Assembly (NCBI GenBank): GCA_947630105.1
Contig: CANRGD010000003.1
Span: 234 to 64,233 of the forward strand
Direction: 5' to 3'
DNA length: 64,000 nt
From: an uncultured Bacilli bacterium
Lineage (GTDB): Bacteria; Bacillota_I; Bacilli_A; RF39; UBA660
Part shown: positions 49,267-59,252 of the stretch, piece after piece
How positions within the stretch are numbered: the first letter of the stretch is position 1
Layout of the letters: the number at the start of each line of letters is the position of its first letter
The notes under the pieces: model-generated
Seen by the model: the letters and a program-made list of their open reading frames with translations, nothing else
Told to the model about the DNA's origin: nothing
Database searches by the model: none
Made by a program: the position numbers and the translations under genes

Positions 49267-49941
49267 ATGAAAAAGAAAAGAAAAAAAATTAATGAAAAAA
49301 AATTAACCATTAAATTATTACTAATAACTTTATATTTAATTGTAATAACTATCCTTTTTGTCTGTTCATATAAAATTTATCAAGATAAAAATATAATTAA
49401 ACCTTGGTCAGAAACTAGTAGTATTGAGGACTATACTTATATAGAAATCTCTAAAATGTCCGAAAAATTTGCTTATTACGAAGAAAAAAATATTGGTATT
49501 CATTTTGTCATTGAAAAAGAAGATACTGGCAGATGGCATACTTATTTAATTGCTATTGATGAAAAAGATTATGATAAATATAAAGAATTAATTGATTATT
49601 CTTATGAAAGAACTACTACAGAAGTAAAGCCTATTAAAGTATATGGCTATCCCGTAATAGTTAATAATGAATTAAAAGAGATGGCTATAAATAATATTAA
49701 AAATTTTGTCCCTGCTGAAAATGAAGTAACCATAACAGAGGATAACTATGAAACTTATTTAACTAATTGTTATTTAGACACTACTCAAAAGAGAAAAGAT
49801 TCATTTAGTTATTTATTATTAGTAACAAGTTTTTTCCTTTTTGTTGTAATTGTTTTATTAATTGCCACTATATTAGATCATGATAAACTTATAAGTAGAG
49901 TAGATAAAAAAGTAAAAGAAAAATTAAAAATAAAAAAATAA
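49267..49941 (+). CDS. Hypothetical protein with N- and C-terminal TM helices
   Basis: ORF with GAGG RBS. No recognisable motif. Confidence 0.4.
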   Translation: MKKKRKKINEKKLTIKLLLITLYLIVITILFVCSYKIYQDKNIIKPWSETSSIEDYTYIEISKMSEKFAYYEEKNIGIHFVIEKEDTGRWHTYLIAIDEKDYDKYKELIDYSYERTTTEVKPIKVYGYPVIVNNELKEMAINNIKNFVPAENEVTITEDNYETYLTNCYLDTTQKRKDSFSYLLLVTSFFLFVVIVLLIATILDHDKLISRVDKKVKEKLKIKK

Positions 49942-49955
49942 TTAGGAGGGATACA

Positions 49956-51182
49956 ATGCAATTTACAGAATTAACAGAACAAGAATATCAAAAATTTTGG
50001 GAAAATCATCCTTTAAAAACTTTTCTATCAGCCCCTGAAATAGGAAAATTAAGAGAACAATCAAATTGGAAGACAACATTTGTAGGAGTAAAAGAAAAAA
50101 AGAAAATACTAGCCGCAACTATGCTTCTTTCTCATAAAAGACACTTTGGTAAATATGAATTTTATTCACCTCGTGGCTATTTATTAGATTTTAAAAATGA
50201 AAAGTTACTAACTTTTTTTACTACAGAATTAAAAAAATATTTAAAACAAAAAAAAGCTTATGTTTTTAGAGTTGATCCCTACTTAATATATAAACAAAGA
50301 GATTTAGACGGTAATATTGTTGAAAATGGAGTAGATAATACTACTGTAGTAACCCACCTAAAACAACTAGGTTTTAAACAAGTACCTATTCCTGAAATGG
50401 AACAAGTAGGGTGGATGTTTTCTTTAGACTTAGCAGGTAAAACAGAAGACGAAATATTAAAAGAAATGAAACCGAATACTAGAAATATAATTAGAAAAAC
50501 AGAAAAATATGGTATTACAGTAAATGAAATATCTTATGACGAACTAGACAGATTTCAAAATATAATGATTGAAACAGGACAGCGCAAAGGCTTTTCCATC
50601 AGAAAATTATCCTACTATCAAGAAATGTATAAATTATTTCATGATAAAAATGAAGTGAAATTTTTTATAACCGAATTAAATTTAAAAAAATATATTGAAA
50701 ACTTAGAAAAAGAATTAACAGAAAAAAATAAAAAATTAGAAACTTTAAATAGTGCCAAATATAATGAAGGGCAAAAAAAGAATCTTCAAAGTGAAATTGC
50801 TTCTTTAACTAAAAGAATTAAAGAGTCAAAACAAATAATTAAAACTAAAAAAACTGATACAATCACTTTATCAGGTTCAATGTTTATATTAATTCAACCA
50901 GAAATTATTTATTTATCTAGTGGAAATTATGAAGAATTTATGAAATTTAATTCTCAATATCTAATTCAATGGGAACTAATTAAATATGGAATTAAACACG
51001 GTTTTAAAAAACATAATTTTTATGGTATTCCTGCCAATATAAATACTCATCCCAAAGATTACGGTATATATGAATTTAAAAGAGGCTTTAATGGCTACGT
51101 TGAAGAATTAATTGGAGAGTATGAATTGCCGATTACTTGGCATTATAAATTAATAAAGTTAATTCACAAAATAAAAAAGTAA
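49956..51182 (+). CDS. FemAB-family peptidoglycan interpeptide-bridge aminoacyltransferase (FemX/MurM-like)
   Basis: ~410 aa. N-terminal FTELTEQEYQKFWENHP...FLSAPEIGKL. Central coiled-coil insertion (LEKELTEKNKKLETLN...). C-terminal GIYEFKRGFNG. Confidence 0.8.
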   Translation: MQFTELTEQEYQKFWENHPLKTFLSAPEIGKLREQSNWKTTFVGVKEKKKILAATMLLSHKRHFGKYEFYSPRGYLLDFKNEKLLTFFTTELKKYLKQKKAYVFRVDPYLIYKQRDLDGNIVENGVDNTTVVTHLKQLGFKQVPIPEMEQVGWMFSLDLAGKTEDEILKEMKPNTRNIIRKTEKYGITVNEISYDELDRFQNIMIETGQRKGFSIRKLSYYQEMYKLFHDKNEVKFFITELNLKKYIENLEKELTEKNKKLETLNSAKYNEGQKKNLQSEIASLTKRIKESKQIIKTKKTDTITLSGSMFILIQPEIIYLSSGNYEEFMKFNSQYLIQWELIKYGIKHGFKKHNFYGIPANINTHPKDYGIYEFKRGFNGYVEELIGEYELPITWHYKLIKLIHKIKK

Positions 51183-51246
51183 ATTATTACTTTTTTTAAT
51201 TTGCTTTTTTAAGATTGTAAAGTTTAATATTTTATTTATAATTAAA

Positions 51247-51300
51247 TTGACAATAACCTGAATATATATTAATATGAATATATGAACAATTATTCATATA
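51247..51300 (+). promoter_or_regulatory. Promoter (TTGACA - 17 bp - TAATAT) overlapped by an ArsR/SmtB-type inverted-repeat operator
   Basis: TGAACAATTATTCA (51283-51296) within ATATGAACAATTATTCATAT. A second imperfect TGAATATATATTAA lies at 51259-51272. Confidence 0.6.
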
Positions 51301-51312
51301 AGGGATGATAAA

Positions 51313-51612
51313 ATGCAAATACATAGTAAAGAACTTCTATATGGCTTAAGTGAATTTTATAAAATATTCGGTGATCCCACACGCCTTAGAATATTAGATG
51401 TACTTTTAAATAAACCACTATGTGTTAATGAAATAAGTGATTATTTAAATGTAACTCAATCAGCTATTTCTCATCAATTAAAAAATCTCCGCTCCTCAAA
51501 TTTAGTTAAAACTGAAAAAATAGGGCAAAAAGTTTATTACAGTATAAGTGATGATCATATAAAAATAATATTAAAATATGGGATAGAACATATCTCAGAG
51601 GTGATGCTATGA
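51313..51612 (+). CDS. ArsR/SmtB-family metalloregulatory repressor
   Basis: 99 aa. Winged HTH LRILDVLLNKPLCVNEISDYLNVTQSAISHQLKNLR. ATGA overlap with the ATPase gene. Confidence 0.9.
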   Translation: MQIHSKELLYGLSEFYKIFGDPTRLRILDVLLNKPLCVNEISDYLNVTQSAISHQLKNLRSSNLVKTEKIGQKVYYSISDDHIKIILKYGIEHISEVML

Positions 51613-53438
51613 AACTTACTTTTCCATTAATTAAAATATTACTAAGTATTATTCTATATTGTATTTCCTTATTTTGTTTAAATTTAAATATAAAACTATT
51701 TTTTCTTTTAATTAGTTACCTAATCATAAGTTATGAAATTTATCTTGAAGCTTATAAAAATCTTAAAAATAAAGAGTTTTTTGATGAAAATTTATTAATG
51801 ATACTTGCGACTTTAGGAGCCTTTATTATAAAAAGTTATGAAGAAGCTGTTATGGTAATGTTACTATATAATATAGGCGAATATTTATCAGACTTAGCCA
51901 TAAATAATAGTAAAAAATCTATTACTAAAATTTTAGATTTAAGAATAGATACTATAACCTTAGAAAAAAATCAAAAATTATCCACCACTTCTATTGAAAA
52001 TGCTAAAATAGGGGATATTTTTATCGTAAAACCAGGAGAGAAAATTGCCTTAGATGGAAAAATCATTGCTGGAACATCTTATCTTGATACTTATCCTTTA
52101 ACAGGTGAAGCTATTCCCCAAAAAGTAACAATTGGAAGTGAAGTCTTAAGTGGTTGCATCAATAGACAATCACTTTTAAAAGTTCAAGCAACAAGCACCA
52201 TCCACACAACAACTGCTACTAAAATAATAAAATTATTAGAAGAAGCCGAAGATAAAAAAAGTACCACTGAAAGCTTTTTTAAAAAATTTGCTAAAATTTA
52301 TACACCAGTAATAATTTTTTGTGCCTTATTAGTAGCAATTATTCCCAGTATCCTAACAAAAGATTATTCCACATGGATTTATCGAGCATTAGTTTTTTTA
52401 GTTACATCTTGTCCTTGTGCATTAGTTATATCAATTCCTTTAGGCTATTTTTGTGGTCTCGGAGCAGCTAGTAAAAAAGGCATTTTAATTAAAGGCAGTA
52501 ATGAATTAGACAAAATTCGCTCTCTTGATTATTTAATATTAGATAAAACTGGTACTATTACTAAAGGTGTCTTTAAAGTAACAAAAGTAAAATCAAATAT
52601 ATTACCAGAAAAAAAGTTAGTGCAGTTAGTTGCTTCTGCTGAAGAAAACTCTCTTCATCCGATTGCCTCAGCTATAAAATCTTATAATAAAGAAAAACTA
52701 CTACCTGTTAAAAATTACCAAGAACTAAGTGGTCAAGGAATTACTTGTACTATTAATAATAAAAAAATACTTATTGGTAATAAATACTTAATGACTAAAA
52801 ATAATATTAAAGTAGCCGAAATTAATGAAATTGGTACAATCATTTATGTAAGTATAAATAATACCTATACTGGTTACATCGTAATAGCTGATGAAATAAA
52901 AGAAAGTTCCCAAAATTTATCATCCTTAAAATCATTCATTAAAAAAGATATCATTATTTTATCAGGGGATAAAAATGAAGTTGTTTCAGCTGTAGCTAAA
53001 AAATTAAAGATAGCAAAATATAAAGGAGAATTATTACCAACCGATAAAATAAAATATGTCCAAGAATATAAAAAAAATGGAGTAACTGCTTTTGTAGGAG
53101 ATGGAATTAATGATGCCCCTGTAATAAAAATTTCTGATATTGGTATATCAATGGGCATACTAGGAAGTGATGCCGCTATAGAAACTAGTGATGTAATACT
53201 TATGAAAGATGATTTAATGGCTTTAAAAGACGCTATTAATATATCAAAATTAACTAACAGAAAAGTCCTAGAAAGTATAATTTTTGCTTTAATTATAAAA
53301 TTATTAGTCTTAATTTTAGCTTTATTTGGTATTAGTACTATTTCTTTAGCAGTTTTTGCTGATGTTGGAGTAACTATTTTATCAATTTTAAATGTCTTAA
53401 CAATTATGCTTAGTAATAATAAAAAGGAGCTTAAATGA
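51609..53438 (+). CDS. Heavy-metal P1B-type ATPase (Cd/Zn/Co-type CPC motif) lacking an N-terminal HMA domain
   Basis: TGEAIP, SCPCALVIS, DKTGTITKG, GDGINDAP. The protein begins directly with TM helices. Confidence 0.9.
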   Translation: MKLTFPLIKILLSIILYCISLFCLNLNIKLFFLLISYLIISYEIYLEAYKNLKNKEFFDENLLMILATLGAFIIKSYEEAVMVMLLYNIGEYLSDLAINNSKKSITKILDLRIDTITLEKNQKLSTTSIENAKIGDIFIVKPGEKIALDGKIIAGTSYLDTYPLTGEAIPQKVTIGSEVLSGCINRQSLLKVQATSTIHTTTATKIIKLLEEAEDKKSTTESFFKKFAKIYTPVIIFCALLVAIIPSILTKDYSTWIYRALVFLVTSCPCALVISIPLGYFCGLGAASKKGILIKGSNELDKIRSLDYLILDKTGTITKGVFKVTKVKSNILPEKKLVQLVASAEENSLHPIASAIKSYNKEKLLPVKNYQELSGQGITCTINNKKILIGNKYLMTKNNIKVAEINEIGTIIYVSINNTYTGYIVIADEIKESSQNLSSLKSFIKKDIIILSGDKNEVVSAVAKKLKIAKYKGELLPTDKIKYVQEYKKNGVTAFVGDGINDAPVIKISDIGISMGILGSDAAIETSDVILMKDDLMALKDAINISKLTNRKVLESIIFALIIKLLVLILALFGISTISLAVFADVGVTILSILNVLTIMLSNNKKELK

Positions 53439-54637
53439 AAAAGAAAATTTTACTTATAATATTATCTATTATTTTATTAATTTTAATTATTGTAGGCTTT
53501 GTTTTTGCATACCAAAAATATCGTATTGCTCATGCCACAATTAAAGTTACTTTACAGGATAATTTAAATATTGAAGTGTATAGTAATGTAAAATTAAAAG
53601 ATCTTATTAAAAATATTAATGGTCAAATAACTAAAAATTTCTCTATTGATACAACTACCTTAGGAGAACAAGAAATTTCATTTTCCTACAAAAATGATGA
53701 CAACATTAAAGTTCCCTATAAATTTAAAATTAATATTGTAGATACAACTCCACCCATTATATCTCAATACAATACTTATTCTATAACAGTTAATCAAGAT
53801 GAAAATGTAGAAGAACAACTATTTTGTGGTGACAATTATGATGATAAACCCAAATGTGAATTAATTGGTAATTATAATAAAGATGAAGTTGGTACATATC
53901 CCGTAACATTTAAAGCAACAGATAGCTCTAATAATATATCTTCCTATGATTTTAATATAGTTGTCAAAGAACCACCAAAAAATTCCTCATCAACGCCATC
54001 TTTACCAGTAACAACTGATTTTAATGAAGTAAAAAATAATTACAAAACAAAAGATAATAAAATAGGAATTGATGTATCCCATTGGCAAGGAGATATTGAT
54101 TTTTCCCAAGTGAAAGAAGCAGGAGTTGAATTTGCTATTATCCGTTTAGGCAGTCAACGAGGAATAGATGGAGAATATTTTATTGATGATAAATTTGAAC
54201 AAAATATAAAAGGATTTAATGAAGTTAATATCCCAGTAGGAATCTATTTTTATTCTTATTCTAAAAATAAAAAAGCTGCTATAAAAGAAGCTAAATGGAT
54301 TATAAATAAAATAAAAAAATATGATATATCTTTACCAATTGTTTTTGATTGGGAAAATTGGTCTTTTTATCAAGAATTTAATTTAAGTTTTTATCATTTA
54401 ACAGAAATGGCTAATGCATTTTTAGAAACTATTGAAAAAAAAGGCTATACGGGAATGTTATATAGTAGTAAAAATTATTTAGAAAATATATGGATGGATA
54501 CTCCATATCCAATATGGCTTGCTCATTATACAGATAAAACTGATTATGAAGGCTCATATAAAATATGGCAATTATGTAGTAATGGCAAAGTAGCAGGGAT
54601 AAAAGATAACACTGTAGATATAGATATTATGTATTAA
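53435..54637 (+). CDS. Membrane-anchored GH25 muramidase with an Ig-like (DUF5011-type) domain
   Basis: N-terminal TM. TPPIISQ...GTYPVTFKATDSSNN Ig-like module. GIDVSHWQGDIDFSQVKEAGVEFAIIRLG...FYSYS...FDWE GH25 motifs. ATGA overlap with the ATPase stop. Confidence 0.8.
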   Translation: MKKKILLIILSIILLILIIVGFVFAYQKYRIAHATIKVTLQDNLNIEVYSNVKLKDLIKNINGQITKNFSIDTTTLGEQEISFSYKNDDNIKVPYKFKINIVDTTPPIISQYNTYSITVNQDENVEEQLFCGDNYDDKPKCELIGNYNKDEVGTYPVTFKATDSSNNISSYDFNIVVKEPPKNSSSTPSLPVTTDFNEVKNNYKTKDNKIGIDVSHWQGDIDFSQVKEAGVEFAIIRLGSQRGIDGEYFIDDKFEQNIKGFNEVNIPVGIYFYSYSKNKKAAIKEAKWIINKIKKYDISLPIVFDWENWSFYQEFNLSFYHLTEMANAFLETIEKKGYTGMLYSSKNYLENIWMDTPYPIWLAHYTDKTDYEGSYKIWQLCSNGKVAGIKDNTVDIDIMY

Positions 54638-54661
54638 AAAAAAGGAGTTAATCCTTTTTTT
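54636..54661. terminator. Bidirectional terminator between convergent genes
   Basis: AAAGGA / TCCTTT stem flanked by A8 and T7 runs. Confidence 0.55.
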
Positions 54662-55094
54662 ATAGAAATTTTTTTAATTTTTCTACACAAACTTCTTGCA
54701 TTTTAACATATTCATCAATTAACTTTTCCACATCTTTATCTGTATCTTTATGATTCAATAATTTTCTACCTTCAATAATACCCATATTAGTACCTTGTAA
54801 TAAAAGTTCCGCTAATTTTGAAGTTGTACTATCAGTTATAGTTTTCATTTGAATACTATACCAAGTCATAACTTTATTAGCTTTAGAAGTTTCATGTGGT
54901 TCTTTACTACTATATTCTGGATAAAGTTCATTAATTTTATCATGTATCTTTTTATAGTCAGCATATTGCTTTTCTAGTAAACTTTTAAAATCTTTTTCCG
55001 TAACCTTTTCCATAATAAATTCCATGGCATCCATTCCCATGCAACATCCTTTATTTAATTCATCTAATACATTAACATTTTTTTTTTCATTCAT
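54660..55094 (-). CDS. Small cytoplasmic helical protein (possibly DUF2383-like four-helix bundle)
   Basis: 144 aa, predicted all-helical. LNKGCCMGMDAMEF motif. The family assignment is from memory only. Confidence 0.4.
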   Translation of the reverse strand: MNEKKNVNVLDELNKGCCMGMDAMEFIMEKVTEKDFKSLLEKQYADYKKIHDKINELYPEYSSKEPHETSKANKVMTWYSIQMKTITDSTTSKLAELLLQGTNMGIIEGRKLLNHKDTDKDVEKLIDEYVKMQEVCVEKLKKFL

Positions 55095-55199
55095 AATTTT
55101 TCCTCCACATTTATTATGTGTAAAGATTAAAATATTTATACATTTACTAAATAACTAAAAAATGTTAAAATATATATACTTATAGAGATAGAGGTAATT

Positions 55200-56912
55200 A
55201 TGAAAAAATTAAAAACATTTAAGACAATTATTTCTTTAGCCAAAGAATATAAATATAAAATTATTTTTTGCTCATTAGGAATTTTTATAAGCAGTATTTC
55301 CTATATTTTAGTAGGATATTTTAATGGTGCTTCCATAGAAGCCATAATCAATTTAAATTTAAAATTATCACTACTATTATTATTACTTTATTTATTAACC
55401 CAAATTTTTTTTGGTATTATAGATCGTATATCAATAGCTAATTTATCGAAAATAGAATTAAATATTTCTCAAAAAATAGGTTATCTAACTTATAATAAAG
55501 CCCTATGTTTACCTGCATATGCTTATGAAGAAAAAACATCAGGAGAATTAATTAATAGAATTACTAATGATACAGAAACTATTATCAATTCCTTTGATCA
55601 ATTATTAAATATCTTTGCCAGTCTTATCTCATCTTTTATAATTTTAATATATATATTTTTTAATTCTTATCTTGTTGGTTTAGAAATCTTAATATTTCTT
55701 ATTTTATATTCTTTTGTAGTTAAATACTTTAATCCTAAAATGAAAACTGTCCACAAAGAAGTAAAAACATTATCTGATGAACATACATTAACTGTAACTG
55801 AATCAATTCGTGGAATTAGAGAAATAAAAACTTTAGGCATTAAAAAGCCCTTACTAAAAAATTTGCAAAGTTTAATTGATAAGTTGTTAAAAAAGTCTCA
55901 TCAAGAAGTAACACTCTATGAAAAATATGATATTATCTCTAGTATTATGAAAGCTACATTAGAAGTAAGTACTTTTATAACTTGTGCCATTTTATTATAT
56001 TATGGAAAAACTACTTTAACTTTCTTTATTGCTATAACGTATTATATTTATCGATTTACATGGATAATAGAAAATATCACTTCTTTTACAAAAAATTATA
56101 ATCAATTATCAGTATCTTTAAATCGTATAAATGAAATATTAGAAAACAAATTATACAAAGACGTTAAGTTTGGAACTAAAAGTATTGAAAATTTAAAAGG
56201 AATTATAAAATTTGAAAATGTCCGCTTTAATTATCCTAATGAAGATTTAATATTAAATAATTTTAATGCAACCTTTGTCCCTAATAAAAAAATAGGCATT
56301 GTAGGAAAAAGTGGTCAAGGGAAATCAACACTATTTAATTTATTAACCAGAGTTTTTGATACTACGGATGGCATAATTAGTATTGATGATATAAATATTC
56401 AAGATTTAACAGAAGAATCTTTAAGAAAATATATATCTATAATTAGACAAGAACCTTTTTTATTCAATAAATCTATTAAAGATAATTTTTTATTTCTAAA
56501 TGAAAATTTTACTCTTAATCAAATAAGAGAATTTTGTAAGTTAGCTTATATTGATGAATATATCATGTCTTTACCTCTTAAATATGATACAATATTAGGA
56601 GAAGGTGGAGTGAATTTATCAGGTGGGCAAAAGCAACGACTAGCTATAGCTAGAGCTTTAGCTAAAGAAAGTAAAATAATTTTATTTGATGAAGCAACTA
56701 GTTCTTTAGACAATGATTCACAAAAATATATTAAAAAAGTTATAGATAACTTAGTTAAAGACCATACTATTATAATAATAGCTCATCGTCTTTCAACTAT
56801 TGAAGACGCTGATATAATTTATGTTATCGATAAAGGAAAAATAGAATCTTGCGGAACTCATACTGATTTAATAGCAACTTCCAAAGTATATCAAACATTA
56901 TATAAATCATAG
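55200..56912 (+). CDS. ABC exporter, fused permease/ATPase (MsbA/MdlB type)
   Basis: Six-TM N-terminal domain. Walker A GKSGQGKST, signature LSGGQKQR, Walker B ILFDEATS. Confidence 0.9.
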   Translation: MKKLKTFKTIISLAKEYKYKIIFCSLGIFISSISYILVGYFNGASIEAIINLNLKLSLLLLLLYLLTQIFFGIIDRISIANLSKIELNISQKIGYLTYNKALCLPAYAYEEKTSGELINRITNDTETIINSFDQLLNIFASLISSFIILIYIFFNSYLVGLEILIFLILYSFVVKYFNPKMKTVHKEVKTLSDEHTLTVTESIRGIREIKTLGIKKPLLKNLQSLIDKLLKKSHQEVTLYEKYDIISSIMKATLEVSTFITCAILLYYGKTTLTFFIAITYYIYRFTWIIENITSFTKNYNQLSVSLNRINEILENKLYKDVKFGTKSIENLKGIIKFENVRFNYPNEDLILNNFNATFVPNKKIGIVGKSGQGKSTLFNLLTRVFDTTDGIISIDDINIQDLTEESLRKYISIIRQEPFLFNKSIKDNFLFLNENFTLNQIREFCKLAYIDEYIMSLPLKYDTILGEGGVNLSGGQKQRLAIARALAKESKIILFDEATSSLDNDSQKYIKKVIDNLVKDHTIIIIAHRLSTIEDADIIYVIDKGKIESCGTHTDLIATSKVYQTLYKS

Positions 56913-56929
56913 AAAGTAAGTGTTAATTA

Positions 56930-57799
56930 ATGAATATTGAAATAAAAACTTTAATTTATAGTATGTTAAATAACTTAGTAGTTTCATTAATTAAAATAAT
57001 TAGTGGACTTACATTTAATTTAGGATCTTTATTAGCTGATGGTTTACATACTTTTAGTGATTTTATAACAGATATATTTTCTTTAATAGCTAATAAAATA
57101 TCTAAGAAAAAACCAACAAAAGAGCACCCCTTTGGCTTTGGGCGAGTTGAATATTTAACTAATTTATTTATAGGTATTATTTTATTAATATTAAGTATTT
57201 TTATTTTTATTGAAGCTATCACAAATAAAGTAGTTATTCCACCATTTATAGTAATTTATATTTTGATATTTACAATTATATTAAAATTAATTGCCATAAT
57301 TATAATGCACAAAGTAGGGAAAAAAATAAATAGCAATATTTTAATAGTTTCTGTAGAAGAATCTAAATCTGACATTTATTCCTCTCTAGGAGTTTTACTA
57401 GTCGCTATTTTATTGCAATTTTCTAATCAACTACCTATTTTAAAGTACTCGGATTTAATATGCTCTTTATTAATATGTATTCTAGTCTTAAAAATAGCTT
57501 TAACAATAATAACTCAAAATTCACTAGCTTTACTAGGTGAAGTAGAAGAAAATGGTGAAATATATGAAAAATTAGCAGAAAAATTAACCCTTTATAAAAA
57601 TATTATAAATTATGATATTGATCTAATAAAATATGGCTCTTATTATAAATTACAGTTAGCCTTAGAATTAGACTCGTCTTTAACCTTAAAAGAAGTTACC
57701 AAAATTGTTAATAATATCAAAAAATCCATAAAAAAATCTCGTTCTTTAAAGATTAAATATATTACTATATATGTAAGTAATGAATTAGAAAGGAAATGA
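56930..57799 (+). CDS. Cation diffusion facilitator (CDF) family metal efflux transporter
   Basis: Six TM helices. LADGLHTFSDFITD (HxxxD). EHPFGFGRVE motif. Confidence 0.85.
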   Translation: MNIEIKTLIYSMLNNLVVSLIKIISGLTFNLGSLLADGLHTFSDFITDIFSLIANKISKKKPTKEHPFGFGRVEYLTNLFIGIILLILSIFIFIEAITNKVVIPPFIVIYILIFTIILKLIAIIIMHKVGKKINSNILIVSVEESKSDIYSSLGVLLVAILLQFSNQLPILKYSDLICSLLICILVLKIALTIITQNSLALLGEVEENGEIYEKLAEKLTLYKNIINYDIDLIKYGSYYKLQLALELDSSLTLKEVTKIVNNIKKSIKKSRSLKIKYITIYVSNELERK

Positions 57800-57801
57800 T
57801 T

Positions 57802-58002
57802 ATGAAAGCTCAAATTAAAGTATCAAATATGCATTGTGAAGGATGTAAAAAAAGAATTGCCAAAAGATTAAGCAATTTAAAAGATGTAAAAAATGTAAAT
57901 ATTGATTTAGATAAAAAAATAGTCTCTTTAGAATATAATAATATATCTTTAGAAGAAATTATTGAATATATAAATGAAATTGGTTTTGAGGCCAGTAAAT
58001 AA
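57802..58002 (+). CDS. Heavy-metal-associated (HMA) domain metallochaperone (CopZ-like)
   Basis: 66 aa with the M-H-C-E-G-C metal-binding loop. Translationally adjacent to the CDF gene (alternative ATGA start at 57796). Confidence 0.8.
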   Translation: MKAQIKVSNMHCEGCKKRIAKRLSNLKDVKNVNIDLDKKIVSLEYNNISLEEIIEYINEIGFEASK

Positions 58003-58060
58003 AAATAAGACTATCATTTTATCATTAATTGAATTATAATTAAATTAGGAGTTGAAAACA

Positions 58061-58756
58061 ATGAAAAAAATAAGCATTATATTATTAATTTTAATTTTAT
58101 TTGTTACCTTAACTGGTTGCAGCTCAAAAAAATTAACTGATGCTATGAAATTTAAAAATGAATATGAAAGTTTAAACAATACTACACGTGAAAGTGATGG
58201 AAAAAAAATAAGAAAAGTATCTATTCCTGAAGATAATCCTATAATTTATAAAAAGGCCCCAGAAATAGTAGATATGATAAATAATAAAGAAACATTTATT
58301 GTCTACTTTGGTTTTGCTGATTGTCCATGGTGTAGAAGTATTATAGAAACACTTTTAGAAGTTGCCAAAGATAAAAATATTGATAAAATTTATTATGTTG
58401 ATGTTAAAAATATAAGAGATACTAAGACTATAAATGAAAATGGAGAAATTGAAGTAACCAATAAAGGTGGCAAAGGATATTCTGATTTATTAGAAAAATT
58501 AGATAATGTTTTAGAGAACTATACTTTAAAAAAAGATGATGAAGAAATAGTTGCTGGTAAAAGAATTTATGCTCCAAACGTAGTAGTAATAAATAAAGGA
58601 GAAGCTAAAAAATTAGAATCTGGAGTCAGTGATAAACAAGAAGATGCATATCAAAAATTAACAAAAGAATTAAAACAAGATACTTATAATAAGTTTGAAT
58701 GTTTAGTTAAATGTATTCTAGAAGAAAAAACAACCTGCGAAAAAAATAAATGCTAA
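58061..58756 (+). CDS. Thioredoxin-fold lipoprotein (CxxC)
   Basis: Lipobox LTLTGC. FGFADCPWCRS active-site-like motif. Start at ATG 58061 after AGGAG. Confidence 0.7.
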   Translation: MKKISIILLILILFVTLTGCSSKKLTDAMKFKNEYESLNNTTRESDGKKIRKVSIPEDNPIIYKKAPEIVDMINNKETFIVYFGFADCPWCRSIIETLLEVAKDKNIDKIYYVDVKNIRDTKTINENGEIEVTNKGGKGYSDLLEKLDNVLENYTLKKDDEEIVAGKRIYAPNVVVINKGEAKKLESGVSDKQEDAYQKLTKELKQDTYNKFECLVKCILEEKTTCEKNKC

Positions 58757-58805
58757 AGAAAAAGCACTAATAGTGTTTTTTTTAATAAGTAAAGGATGAT
58801 GCTGA

Positions 58806-59234
58806 ATGGAAAGAAAAGTTGATAAAAAAAGATGTAAAATGAACATCGAAAAAATTACTAATGAACCATTTGATGATATAATTGGACATAGTGAATCTAT
58901 TAGAAAGTATTTTACTATAGAAAATAATGATCTCATATATAAACGTTTAAAAAAAGAAACTGATATAGTTAAATTACCATATTTAGGACCATGTGTAGAT
59001 TATGGATTAGGCGATATATGTATAGAAGAAAGTAGCAAAGATAATAAAGAAATATTTAAATTTTACATAATTGATAAAACATGTAAGTTTGATTATCAAG
59101 AATTTGCTAAAATAGAAGATGTAATAGCAAAATTAATATCGCATTATAAAGAAAAACATTTGATATCTAATCCAGAAAAAATGCAAGCTATTTTTACTGA
59201 AACATTAAAATTGTCTATAAACAAAAATCATTAG
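58806..59234 (+). CDS. Hypothetical protein
   Basis: 142-aa ORF with AAGGA RBS. No recognised motif. Confidence 0.4.
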   Translation: MERKVDKKRCKMNIEKITNEPFDDIIGHSESIRKYFTIENNDLIYKRLKKETDIVKLPYLGPCVDYGLGDICIEESSKDNKEIFKFYIIDKTCKFDYQEFAKIEDVIAKLISHYKEKHLISNPEKMQAIFTETLKLSINKNH

Positions 59235-59252
59235 AAGAAAGTTAGTATTAAT

